A stretch of DNA of 60,979 nt from a virus, in IMG/VR virus record IMGVR_UViG_3300027904_000002, positions 1 to 60,979 of that record; one strand, given 5' to 3'. Of this stretch, positions 52,159 through 60,239 are shown piece by piece. The first letter of the stretch is position 1; each line of letters starts with the position of its first letter. The notes under the pieces were generated by a model. The model was given only the letters and a program-made list of their open reading frames with translations, was not told the DNA's origin and made no database searches. The translations under genes and the position numbers were made by a program.

Positions 52159-53130
52159 TCATTCGGAGTCACTCCCATTTCTAAACTTATCCATGAACTT
52201 GTTATTACTCGGATTACAATCTCTGCAAAAATCAATATCAATTTGATAATGTTTACATATCCGACAAGGCGTAGTCATACAATGCTCGTCTATTGCTTCT
52301 CTTAATGCAATTATTTCTGCTTTATAATAAACGACCCGCTCATTCAATATTGCCAACTCTCTACGCTGATTCCGTATCTTCTCATTGCGTCTTTCGTAGC
52401 AGTCCAAACAACAGCCTGTGCATTGAGTTTTTTTGAGTTGTTCAATATCTATATCATACTGGTCAATCAGCATTTCAATTTTTGTGTTTAGTTGTCTACA
52501 TTCTCGACACTCCGATACCGCCACTGTCGGCTTTTCTTTTGGTCGCCAGTTCTTCATTTGTCCTGTTTCATCTTTACAACTTGCACAAGGCTCATAATAA
52601 TGTGAGGTTAATGTAAATCTACAATCATCACAAAACCGCTCGAACTCTTGAACAGGCACTTTTGGTTGCCATTCGTTACAATCAGTTTGGTTTGCCAATG
52701 TGTAATGCTTTAGTTTGCAGTTATAAATATTTGTCAACTCACCATGCATACACGTTTCACAACTTTTCGGCTCTGCTATGCTCTCATTTGTGTCGGAAAC
52801 ATCTTGTTCTAAGCATTTAGGGCTACATTCTATGCATTTTTTCTCAACATCAAATGCACAATGTATCGTCATTTTGTTTCTTGGATTGCTTGTGTGCCTA
52901 TCCGCACCCTCGCTTTTCCTATAAACATGAAACACATCACTCTTTGACCGCTTTACGCAACTTACATGAACACCATCAGCAAATTGTGTATGAAAACAGT
53001 ATTGCTTGCCTTTGTAGGTTTCCGACACCTTGCCTCCGTTTATAACACTATGCACATAATACATAGCTTCACTGTCCGATATATCGTCACTGTGTATGCG
53101 GATTATTATGTTGCGTTTGTTGTCACTCAT
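52159..53130 (-). CDS. Large multi-CxxC (zinc-finger-rich) protein
   Basis: 323 aa with at least 7 CxxC pairs (CIECSPKC, CETC, CDDC..CASC, CRECRQ, CTGCCLDC, CRIC..CRDC). Confidence 0.7.
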   Translation of the reverse strand: MSDNKRNIIIRIHSDDISDSEAMYYVHSVINGGKVSETYKGKQYCFHTQFADGVHVSCVKRSKSDVFHVYRKSEGADRHTSNPRNKMTIHCAFDVEKKCIECSPKCLEQDVSDTNESIAEPKSCETCMHGELTNIYNCKLKHYTLANQTDCNEWQPKVPVQEFERFCDDCRFTLTSHYYEPCASCKDETGQMKNWRPKEKPTVAVSECRECRQLNTKIEMLIDQYDIDIEQLKKTQCTGCCLDCYERRNEKIRNQRRELAILNERVVYYKAEIIALREAIDEHCMTTPCRICKHYQIDIDFCRDCNPSNNKFMDKFRNGSDSE

Positions 53131-53369
53131 GCTCTATCTCCAATCTTAGGCATTGAATTATAAAGTTCAATCATTTCTTGATTCCGCTTTTGTTCCTTAA
53201 TCAGTTCATCTTGCTTGCGTGTGTGTTCTTCCCAATCTACAAAGCTGTCACATTCACGAACACCGTCACGCAACGTCATAGCGTCATGACCGTACTTTGT
53301 ACACGCTCCGCTTACAGGGTCTTGATGAAAACACACAATACAGTCGCCACCATCCACTGTCACACCCAT
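53127..53369 (-). CDS. Hypothetical small protein
   Basis: ATG 53369 follows aggtgg. It has an ATGA overlap with the downstream gene. Confidence 0.6.
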   Translation of the reverse strand: MGVTVDGGDCIVCFHQDPVSGACTKYGHDAMTLRDGVRECDSFVDWEEHTRKQDELIKEQKRNQEMIELYNSMPKIGDRA

Positions 53370-53381
53370 CACACCCACCTT

Positions 53382-53633
53382 TCATCGCTTATCGTTTTGC
53401 TTGCTTGGTATCTGTTCATGCCTTATATCCCATTGATTTTTTAATTCTGCATACACCGCAAGCAATAATCCGCTTAATAGTGTGTCCTCTTTGGCAAGTT
53501 GTACGCATTCTTCATCCGCTGCCCGAAAATCGTCAAGACTATCCGCTCCGTAATGTTTTTCAAGGGTTTCATAAGCCACCTTAAAACACCTGTTTATTCG
53601 ATTTTTCTGTTCATTCGGTATCGTTCTGTTCAT
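53382..53633 (-). CDS. Hypothetical small protein
   Basis: 83-aa ORF. Confidence 0.6.
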   Translation of the reverse strand: MNRTIPNEQKNRINRCFKVAYETLEKHYGADSLDDFRAADEECVQLAKEDTLLSGLLLAVYAELKNQWDIRHEQIPSKQNDKR

Positions 53634-53724
53634 TTCTCACCATTTCCACAATCTCTAAAATAAACTGTTGTAAATCTTCGCACTTATCTATTGCTACACT
53701 TAGCATACGTTCAACGTCTGTCAT
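53611..53724 (-). CDS. Possible small ORF (37 aa)
   Basis: ATG 53724 overlaps the end of the upstream small ORF, and its own stop overlaps the next start. Confidence 0.3.
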   Translation of the reverse strand: MTDVERMLSVAIDKCEDLQQFILEIVEMVRNEQNDTE

Positions 53725-53872
53725 ATTCTCTCCTAATTTCATATTCAATTTGTTCTACTTTTTCTAATATCTTGCATAATAGTTTAGTGTTTTGTGAAGC
53801 TGTACTGTCACAGGTCGTACAGTATTTATCAACGTCAAATGGTTGTCCGCAAATTTCACATTCAATAATCAT
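53711..53872 (-). CDS. Possible small zinc-ribbon ORF (53 aa)
   Basis: ATG 53872 follows aggagaaaattt. MIIECEICGQPFDVDKYCTTCDS... Confidence 0.45.
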   Translation of the reverse strand: MIIECEICGQPFDVDKYCTTCDSTASQNTKLLCKILEKVEQIEYEIRREYDRR

Positions 53873-53882
53873 AAATTTTCTC

Positions 53883-55922
53883 CTAATCATCTAAAAAGGG
53901 TAATTTTATTTTTTCGTATACTTCGTAAAATTCTGAATCTTCCCAACCATACCGCTTATGCTCATGCTCATAGTTTTTTAACCGCTTTCCTTGATTGCAG
54001 TAATATAACGGTATAAACGTGTCCATTGTTCCCATTTCTCTATCTTTACATATCTCAATTACATTCGTTGCTGAATATAAATCATTGTTCTTTTCCCACT
54101 TATACATAGCATGAGATAATCTTTTAAAATCGTCATTTACTCTATGCACTATAAAAGCATTATCTACCCTGTTTGTAATATCACCACTTCCACCTACATC
54201 ATCTAATCTTAAAAATCCTAATGGTTTTCGTGGGTGTGCTACAAACAACGTATGAACATTCGATAATTTAGAATAGTCCATAAGCGTTTGAACAAACATA
54301 CTCTGCTGACGATATATTTCTTTTTCAAGCATTGAAATATCTAATGCCATTAAGTTATCTAATATTATAAAATCGACTTTATATTTTTCAACGCACTCTG
54401 CTAATCTATCAAATATTTTAGCAAAATCATTTCCGTGTGCATTATTATAAACATATATTTTATTGTTTAACCAATCTACTATTTTTTGATTAACTTCATC
54501 TTTTACCGTAAAAAAATTATCATATTGTGTTGGATTGACATGATACTTCCCTGCGGATTGAAGTTTTAACCATGATGATATTTTTTTAGTTTTTAACTCT
54601 CCGCTAAATATTGCAGTTCTATATCCCTGTTCTGCCGATTCAATAGCAAGTTGTCCTATCCACGTTGATTTGCCCGACCCTCTCAAGCCTGTTATGCACG
54701 TTACACAACCTTTTGCAAGTCCACCCATCTTTGTATCTATAACATCTGTTCCTGTCTTTATATACTCGTCTGGTGGTGTTACAAGTTCTTCTATCTGTTG
54801 CATTGTATAAAATACAGGCTCGTCATTTACATCTTGTACTATTTTCTGATTAACGATTTTAGGTGATGTGTGATTTTCGTTATTGCTATTTGACCCAAAA
54901 TTAAGTTTAACATATTTTTTATCAGAAAAATTAGGCTCATACATCGCTCTTAATTGTTGCCATTTGTTGTTAGCACATGAATTATGAAAACAAAAGAAAC
55001 CTATTGCACCATTATCATTTATCGTTACCATTGAATCCTTACCCTTATGTTCGGGATTGAATGGACAATGCTCTAAAATATATTTTGTATATCCACTTGC
55101 TGTAATTTCTTGCTTTACTCGTAGATGTTTTGCCATAAATTCATGGATATTAAATTGCTTATTATTATATCCGTTCCGAAAATTATTTATCTTTACTTCT
55201 GGCTCTGGCATTAGTGAAGCAAGTTCTTCCAATAGATGTTTTTTGTTTTGAATAATATTGTCGGGGATTTTTAAAACTTCGCTCATTCGGTGTGGTCGTT
55301 CTTCTGTATTATCACCTTTGCATGATTTAGTACCATAAAGTTTAAATATTCTCGATGGATTAGATGTTTTAACATCAATGTTTATGTGCTTATCGGAAAA
55401 TAACATGCTCAAAACTTTAAGACAATTTGAAACAAGTGTTGCGTTTTCTCTGCTATTTTCAAATCCTATAAGATATAGCAAGTGATAACCGTTTCCGCTC
55501 ATGGCAACTATCGGGTCGCTAAAACCATTTGCATACATAAAGTTTCTAACCTCATGTGCTTTATGCCTTGCCAAAAGCAATTCATCACTTGTAGATGATA
55601 CGTTTGTTGGTCTAACAGGGTCTACGTCTATTGGCAACCACTCATAATAATTTATATCATTATCTGATGTTGTCGGCTTTGCTCCACTTACAAATTTATT
55701 AAATTGTTTTCGCTCCTTGCACTTATCGTTAATATTATTAAGCGTAAAATAAATATTAGAATTATTAGGAAAACTATAATCTTTCAAACATTCGACCGCT
55801 GTTGTTATGCAATCAAAATATCCGCTTACAACTTTACCACCACCATATAATGCCCTAATTTCAAATAGCTTGTTATCTGGTTTTATGACTTCTAAAAAAG
55901 CATTTATAACATCAAACTTCAT
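53883..55922 (-). CDS. Bifunctional AEP-type primase plus RecA/DnaB-like helicase
   Basis: 679 aa. AEP motifs WLPIDVDPVRP, AMSGNGYHLLY and INIDVKTSNPSRIFKLYGT. Zn motif CPFNPEH...CFHNSC. Walker A GLRGSGKST and Walker B DFIILDNLMAL. Confidence 0.8.
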   Translation of the reverse strand: MKFDVINAFLEVIKPDNKLFEIRALYGGGKVVSGYFDCITTAVECLKDYSFPNNSNIYFTLNNINDKCKERKQFNKFVSGAKPTTSDNDINYYEWLPIDVDPVRPTNVSSTSDELLLARHKAHEVRNFMYANGFSDPIVAMSGNGYHLLYLIGFENSRENATLVSNCLKVLSMLFSDKHINIDVKTSNPSRIFKLYGTKSCKGDNTEERPHRMSEVLKIPDNIIQNKKHLLEELASLMPEPEVKINNFRNGYNNKQFNIHEFMAKHLRVKQEITASGYTKYILEHCPFNPEHKGKDSMVTINDNGAIGFFCFHNSCANNKWQQLRAMYEPNFSDKKYVKLNFGSNSNNENHTSPKIVNQKIVQDVNDEPVFYTMQQIEELVTPPDEYIKTGTDVIDTKMGGLAKGCVTCITGLRGSGKSTWIGQLAIESAEQGYRTAIFSGELKTKKISSWLKLQSAGKYHVNPTQYDNFFTVKDEVNQKIVDWLNNKIYVYNNAHGNDFAKIFDRLAECVEKYKVDFIILDNLMALDISMLEKEIYRQQSMFVQTLMDYSKLSNVHTLFVAHPRKPLGFLRLDDVGGSGDITNRVDNAFIVHRVNDDFKRLSHAMYKWEKNNDLYSATNVIEICKDREMGTMDTFIPLYYCNQGKRLKNYEHEHKRYGWEDSEFYEVYEKIKLPFLDD

Positions 55923-56659
55923 TTTTCAATAACCCTCAATATTGTACCATCATTATTGTAATGCACATCAATATACTCTTGTTCAACTTTATTTACTTCC
56001 ACTTCATCATCTAAATAGTTATTTATAACTTCATTAAAAAAGTTATCTCGTTTATGTAAATATTCTTTGGGTTGAGTTTCAAGATATTTTTTGCAAGCTG
56101 ATTCAACCCTATCATAACCATAATCATATAATTCTTCTTTGCGTTTTTTTGATACTTTACTTTTCCTATCATTAACGTGTGGTGGCAATAGTTTCCAAAT
56201 TTTTTCAAAAAGTTCGTCAATATAATTTATGCTATTCTTTTCTGCACTATTCTGTTCTATACTACTCTGCGTTAACTTTTGTTTAACTTCCGTTAAACTT
56301 TGGTTTAACTTTAGTTTAACCGCACTGGCACAATACTTCCCGTTGTCTATATGCACTAAAGATTGTTCTTCAAGATATTCTGTTGGTTGAATTTTATTTT
56401 TATCAATGTAATTATTTTTATGCCAATCTACTATTACAACTACTCCCGTTTCAAAAGGTATTACATATTCCTTTAGTATCAATAATTTTAAATCATCATC
56501 TGTTGCTCCGTGTGTTCGCATCACTCGTCTTGGTGAAACAAATCCATAATCATCAGCTTCCATTCCTAACAGAAAATATAAGGCTTTACTGCTCATTGGC
56601 ATATCGCAAAATTTATCTTTATTTACAATCTCCCTATCAAACATTCTTTTTCTTGCCAT
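55919..56659 (-). CDS. Phage replisome organizer (N-terminal domain type)
   Basis: MARKRMFDREIVNKDKFCDMPMSSKALYFLLGMEADDYGFV matches the replisome-organizer N-terminal pattern. Confidence 0.7.
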   Translation of the reverse strand: MARKRMFDREIVNKDKFCDMPMSSKALYFLLGMEADDYGFVSPRRVMRTHGATDDDLKLLILKEYVIPFETGVVVIVDWHKNNYIDKNKIQPTEYLEEQSLVHIDNGKYCASAVKLKLNQSLTEVKQKLTQSSIEQNSAEKNSINYIDELFEKIWKLLPPHVNDRKSKVSKKRKEELYDYGYDRVESACKKYLETQPKEYLHKRDNFFNEVINNYLDDEVEVNKVEQEYIDVHYNNDGTILRVIEK

Positions 56660-56683
56660 ATATTGCTCCTTGTAACAGACAAA

Positions 56684-56771
56684 CCCTGTGACTTATGTAG
56701 GTTGTGGCTACTAAGTTACAGGGGATTGGCTTACTATATTCAGATTAGCAAACCCACAACGTAAGCCAATC
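56684..56771. other. Two adjacent large inverted repeats upstream of the organizer gene
   Basis: ccctgtgactta (56684-56695) / taagttacaggg (56712-56723) with one mismatch. gattggcttac (56724-56734) / gtaagccaatc (56761-56771) is perfect. Confidence 0.7.
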
Positions 56772-56843
56772 ACACTTTGTCTTTACAAGGATTATACCAA
56801 ATTGACTGTCACTTGTCAACAGATATTTTAAATAAATTATGAA

Positions 56844-57485
56844 CTAAAAAGGCAAAATCGCTTCCACTTCTTCGTCTGTCATTTCCTTAAAATCATCAGT
56901 AGATGGCATTTTAGAACTGTTTGTGCTACCCCAATTTAACGCCCTTTTTACAATATCTTTTTGCCAATCGGGGATTTTTTCAAGCGTTTCTTTGAAGTCT
57001 GGTGCAGACCAATCTAAGTTGATAATTTCAGTTGCAGGTTTCGGTGGCTCAAGTCCTTTCATCAATGGCATAACGTGATATACTTTTTCTCTTATATCAC
57101 CGTTATTTTTCTCATTGTGGACAATCTGCAACATACAGGGTACACCTAAGATATTTTTCAAGTCAAACGATTGCATTTCCTCTTTTGTAAACGGTTTACC
57201 TCTCCACGATACAAGATGTTTATACAGTGTTGATTTTTCACCTATAATAGCTTCACCGTCTTTGGTAGTACCGAGATTATAAAATTCGCTAATCATGCGT
57301 GGCATGGGAACACCGTCAATATCTATAGTTATATCGGGCAACTCCCAACAAATTATAATCTGGTGCTTATCACCATACATACTTCCTTTTTGAACGCCAC
57401 AATCAATCAATCTCGTTGCTACTGCTCTAAACGTTTCTGCGGGTATCAATTCTCTTTCAAATCCACTTCCGACTTTGATTTTCAT
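56844..57485 (-). CDS. Hypothetical early protein (possibly DUF669-like)
   Basis: 213-aa ORF. The family resemblance is only an impression. Confidence 0.6.
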   Translation of the reverse strand: MKIKVGSGFERELIPAETFRAVATRLIDCGVQKGSMYGDKHQIIICWELPDITIDIDGVPMPRMISEFYNLGTTKDGEAIIGEKSTLYKHLVSWRGKPFTKEEMQSFDLKNILGVPCMLQIVHNEKNNGDIREKVYHVMPLMKGLEPPKPATEIINLDWSAPDFKETLEKIPDWQKDIVKRALNWGSTNSSKMPSTDDFKEMTDEEVEAILPF

Positions 57486-57519
57486 TACTTTTACTCACTT
57501 TCTTTTACTTTTATAGTTT

Positions 57520-57702
57520 TTAATATTTTTTATCATCTGTATCGTCAAAAACCTCATAATCCTTTTCCATCTGCTTCAACTTATCATCCGTCTTTTTACT
57601 TCTTATCCGCTTGTCAATTATGAATAACAGTATTAAAACCGCTACGCAACTCATAAACCCAGAAAGCCACCATAAAAAAGCTGTACTTACATAGATGTGC
57701 AT
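57520..57702 (-). CDS. Small single-TM protein
   Basis: AFLWWLSGFMSCVAVLILLFII. Confidence 0.55.
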   Translation of the reverse strand: MHIYVSTAFLWWLSGFMSCVAVLILLFIIDKRIRSKKTDDKLKQMEKDYEVFDDTDDKKY

Positions 57703-57713
57703 ATAATCACTCC

Positions 57714-57914
57714 TTACTGATTGCCTTTAATGGTATCAATATTAAACGATTTAATAGATAACTTTATTTCAATATGAACATTAGCACCTGTGTTACCTAC
57801 GCTAATATATTCTATTCGGGAACAACTGTCATTTAAGTCTACTAACTCGCCGTCAACGTATAACCTGTTGTTTTCTAATTTGACTTCGGGTATTACTATT
57901 TTATTCTTTTGCAT
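57714..57914 (-). CDS. Hypothetical small protein
   Basis: 66-aa ORF. Confidence 0.6.
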   Translation of the reverse strand: MQKNKIVIPEVKLENNRLYVDGELVDLNDSCSRIEYISVGNTGANVHIEIKLSIKSFNIDTIKGNQ

Positions 57915-58192
57915 TAAAAATCAACCTCCATTATTTCAAACCACTTTTTATGTAAGTGATTGCGATTTAATTTTTCTTTATTAACAGCTTTTATTAAAAT
58001 ATCTAAACCATCTGTCATAACCTCAAGCGTATTCCATCTATTTTCGCAAGCAAGGCACTTTCGTCTGCGCCTTATACCCATACTGTTCCCCCTACTATCA
58101 AATACCATAATGTCTGTACTGCGACATTCGGGGCAACAAGGAAATGCGTGTTTATCACCCTTATTCCTGATTGTCCAACTGTTTTTATCCAT
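57914..58192 (-). CDS. NrdR-like zinc-ribbon protein lacking the ATP-cone
   Basis: CCPECRSTDIMVFDSRGNSMGIRRRRKCLACENRWNTLEV parallels the NrdR N-terminus (CPFC..dtkViDSR....vRRRReC..C..RftTfE). Only about 90 aa in total. Confidence 0.6.
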   Translation of the reverse strand: MDKNSWTIRNKGDKHAFPCCPECRSTDIMVFDSRGNSMGIRRRRKCLACENRWNTLEVMTDGLDILIKAVNKEKLNRNHLHKKWFEIMEVDF

Positions 58193-58197
58193 TGTCC

Positions 58198-58422
58198 TCA
58201 ATCCAAAAAGATAGAATCGTTATGCAAGTAATCATGATTTAAACTGCTGTCAACCATGCCCACTTTCCTGTCTGCTTTTTTCGCTTGCGGATATTGCTGT
58301 TTCGGATATGTAAAATTCCAGAATCCCGGCACTGGTTGTTTCAACCGCCTTGTGCAAATATGCGGTTTATCATCCTCATAGTGAATCGTTCCGCAAGTGT
58401 TACATAGAATTGCTGTCCTCAT
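58198..58422 (-). CDS. Small zinc-finger-like protein
   Basis: 74 aa. CNTCGTIHYEDDKPHIC. Confidence 0.6.
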   Translation of the reverse strand: MRTAILCNTCGTIHYEDDKPHICTRRLKQPVPGFWNFTYPKQQYPQAKKADRKVGMVDSSLNHDYLHNDSIFLD

Positions 58423-58448
58423 TAGCTGTTAACTCCTTTTCAAAACCC

Positions 58449-58604
58449 CTACATTTTCCACTTATCTTTGCCCTCGTTTCTGTCAATCCACTCTGTCAAT
58501 ATTGCAACGACAACATCTTGCACCCTACGACCTTTTTTATCAGCCTCGATTTTTATGCGTTCATATAGCTTTTTGGGAACGCTCGGTCTGTATGTATCAG
58601 CCAT
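58449..58604 (-). CDS. Ribbon-helix-helix (Arc/CopG-like) regulator, first gene of the early minus operon
   Basis: ATG 58604 follows ggtggtgaaaat. MADTYRPSVPKKLYERIKIEADKKGRRVQDVVVAILTEWI. Confidence 0.6.
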   Translation of the reverse strand: MADTYRPSVPKKLYERIKIEADKKGRRVQDVVVAILTEWIDRNEGKDKWKM

Positions 58605-58625
58605 ATTTTCACCACCTTTGCCATT

Positions 58626-58654
58626 ATGATACCACATCAAAAACAGTTTGTCAA
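58626..58654 (-). promoter_or_regulatory. Early leftward promoter
   Basis: On the minus strand: TTGACA (58654-58649), 17 nt, TATCAT (58631-58626). Confidence 0.6.
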
Positions 58655-58685
58655 CACTTTTGTCCAAAATAATACCAAAAACTTA

Positions 58686-58714
58686 TTGACTTATCCCGAA
58701 ACATCTGTTATTAT
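58686..58714 (+). promoter_or_regulatory. Divergent rightward promoter
   Basis: TTGACT (58686-58691), 17 nt, TATTAT (58709-58714). Confidence 0.65.
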
Positions 58715-58744
58715 CATAACGTAAAATAAATTATCGAAAGGAAT

Positions 58745-59368
58745 ATGAGCAAAATGAAAACATTAAAATGTAGGGCAACACTTATGGAGGAAATGTTAGG
58801 CACGCAAGCTAACGACAAAGAAATACATGAGGAATATATCGCAAGTTTAGCACCTGACGCTCCGAGCAGAGAGGAAGAAGTGGCTGCAATCGGTGTTGAA
58901 GCAGAAGTAGAAAAATCAATGACAGTGTTTCCACGATTAAACGGTAAACCAGACGGACAACCGTTTATGTGGGATTATCAAATTAAAGGTTTTCTGAAAG
59001 AGTCCGCAAGAGCGATGGCAAGGGTAGGTGGCTCGGAAACATCAAAAACAAAAGCATACATTAAAATCATAAACGATTGTGTTTTTGTATATCCACGCAA
59101 AATACCATTATGCTATGAGGGTGCTGAACAAGGCATTGTAGGCAATATGCAAAGACCATTACGGGCGCAAACAGCACAAGGGGAGCGTGTGACGCTTGCT
59201 AATAGTGAAACAGTACCCGCAGGAACAACATTTGATTTTGAAATTAAAATGCTTGACGTTAAATTTGAAAAACTAATCCGTGAGTTGCTTGACTACGCTC
59301 AATACAAGGCTTTTTTACAGTGGCGTAACAGTGGTTATGGTCGTGCGGAAATAACTGTGCAAGATTAA
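58745..59368 (+). CDS. Orphan 207-aa protein of unknown function (weak RAMP-like motifs)
   Basis: The only plus-strand gene in this region. DGQPFMWDYQIKGFLKESARAM and C-terminal QWRNSGYGRAEITV are loosely reminiscent of the RAMP IKG..R and G-rich loop motifs. Confidence 0.7.
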   Translation: MSKMKTLKCRATLMEEMLGTQANDKEIHEEYIASLAPDAPSREEEVAAIGVEAEVEKSMTVFPRLNGKPDGQPFMWDYQIKGFLKESARAMARVGGSETSKTKAYIKIINDCVFVYPRKIPLCYEGAEQGIVGNMQRPLRAQTAQGERVTLANSETVPAGTTFDFEIKMLDVKFEKLIRELLDYAQYKAFLQWRNSGYGRAEITVQD

Positions 59369-60213
59369 ACGTGATTGTAAGGCGAAGCGTTTTAATTTGA
59401 GGTGTAGGTAAGGTAAGGTTTAGTGTCGTACAGTGGCGTGATTGTTCCGCAAGGTATTTTGCCGTAATGTTTGGGTGTAGTGACGTAAGGTATTGTGATG
59501 GTTTAGTGACATGCTGTACCTTGACGTAATGGCAAAGTGAGGTAAAGCAAAGTTGCGTCACGTGCTTTAAAGCAATGAAACGGTAGAGTAAAGTCTTGTG
59601 CCCTTGCGTATAGTTTTGGTGCGGTACAGTATATTTGTTTTTTTGTGGCGTAATGGTTAGGTACGATATTGTGTGTTTTGGTACTGTCTGATACGGTGAC
59701 GGCATGGTTCAATATGGTCTTGTACGGCTCTGTGGTGGTGAAGTCCAATAATGTGAAATACGGTCAAGTAGATGTACGGTAGTGTGGGATAGGGTTGAAT
59801 GTTGTCAAGGTTTTGTGATGAACAGCGATATTGTGCTTTGGTTTCGTTATAGTTTAGTTCAGTTAAGTGAATTAAAGTGCAGTAAAGGTAAGGTCGTGCA
59901 TCGCAAAATGAGGTAGCTTAATGGTGCAGTAGGGTCAAGTTTCGTGGGGTTTAGTATTGGTAAGGTGAGGTGGGGTGTAGTGACGTGGTTTGCTGTAATG
60001 GTACAGTTCGGTTAAGTCACATATTGTTTCGTTACGGTTTGGCATGGTTGAGTCTGCTGTTGTAAATGTCATGTCTCGTGAGACATAGTATAGGTTTGGT
60101 GGAGTAGAGTCATATGTTGTTTTGGCGAAGTGAGGTTGTGAAAGTTGTATAAAGTGATGGTATGGCAATGTGAAATGCAATAGAGTAGAATGATGTATAT
60201 TTTTGTATAACAC
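59369..60213 (+). other. ~845-bp non-coding, GT-rich/C-poor strand-asymmetric tract with dispersed short repeats
   Basis: Hand counts over three 60-nt lines (59401, 59701, 59941) give C = 6, 8, 3 and G = 21, 18, 26. The exact 14-mer gggtgtagtgacgt occurs at 59473 and 59973. ggcatggtt occurs at 59701 and 60041. ggtttagt occurs at 59417, 59500 and 59948. A palindrome atgtctcgtgagacat lies at 60071-60086. Confidence 0.7.
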
Positions 60214-60239
60214 AAAAACCCCTCGCTTTAGAGGGGTTT
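60214..60239 (-). terminator. Rho-independent terminator (hairpin is usable in both directions)
   Basis: aaaaacccctc-gcttta-gaggggttt. On the minus strand it follows the stop of 60238..60612 and is followed by tttttgtgtt. Confidence 0.8.

Noticed and set aside
59259-60213. Minus-strand ORFs of 148, 81 and 92 aa across the GT-rich tract.
   Set aside because: Several minus frames are open simultaneously because the plus strand is C-poor, so few CTA or TCA triplets occur. The products are Thr/Pro/His/Tyr low-complexity, there is no SD or plausible start context, and one ORF overlaps the convergent end of 58745..59368.
59369-60213. CRISPR array, type III toxin-antitoxin RNA array, or other regular tandem repeat.
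   Set aside because: No repeat unit recurs at constant spacing. The longest exact repeat I found is a 14-mer present twice, 500 bp apart. The other words are 6-9 nt long and irregularly spaced.
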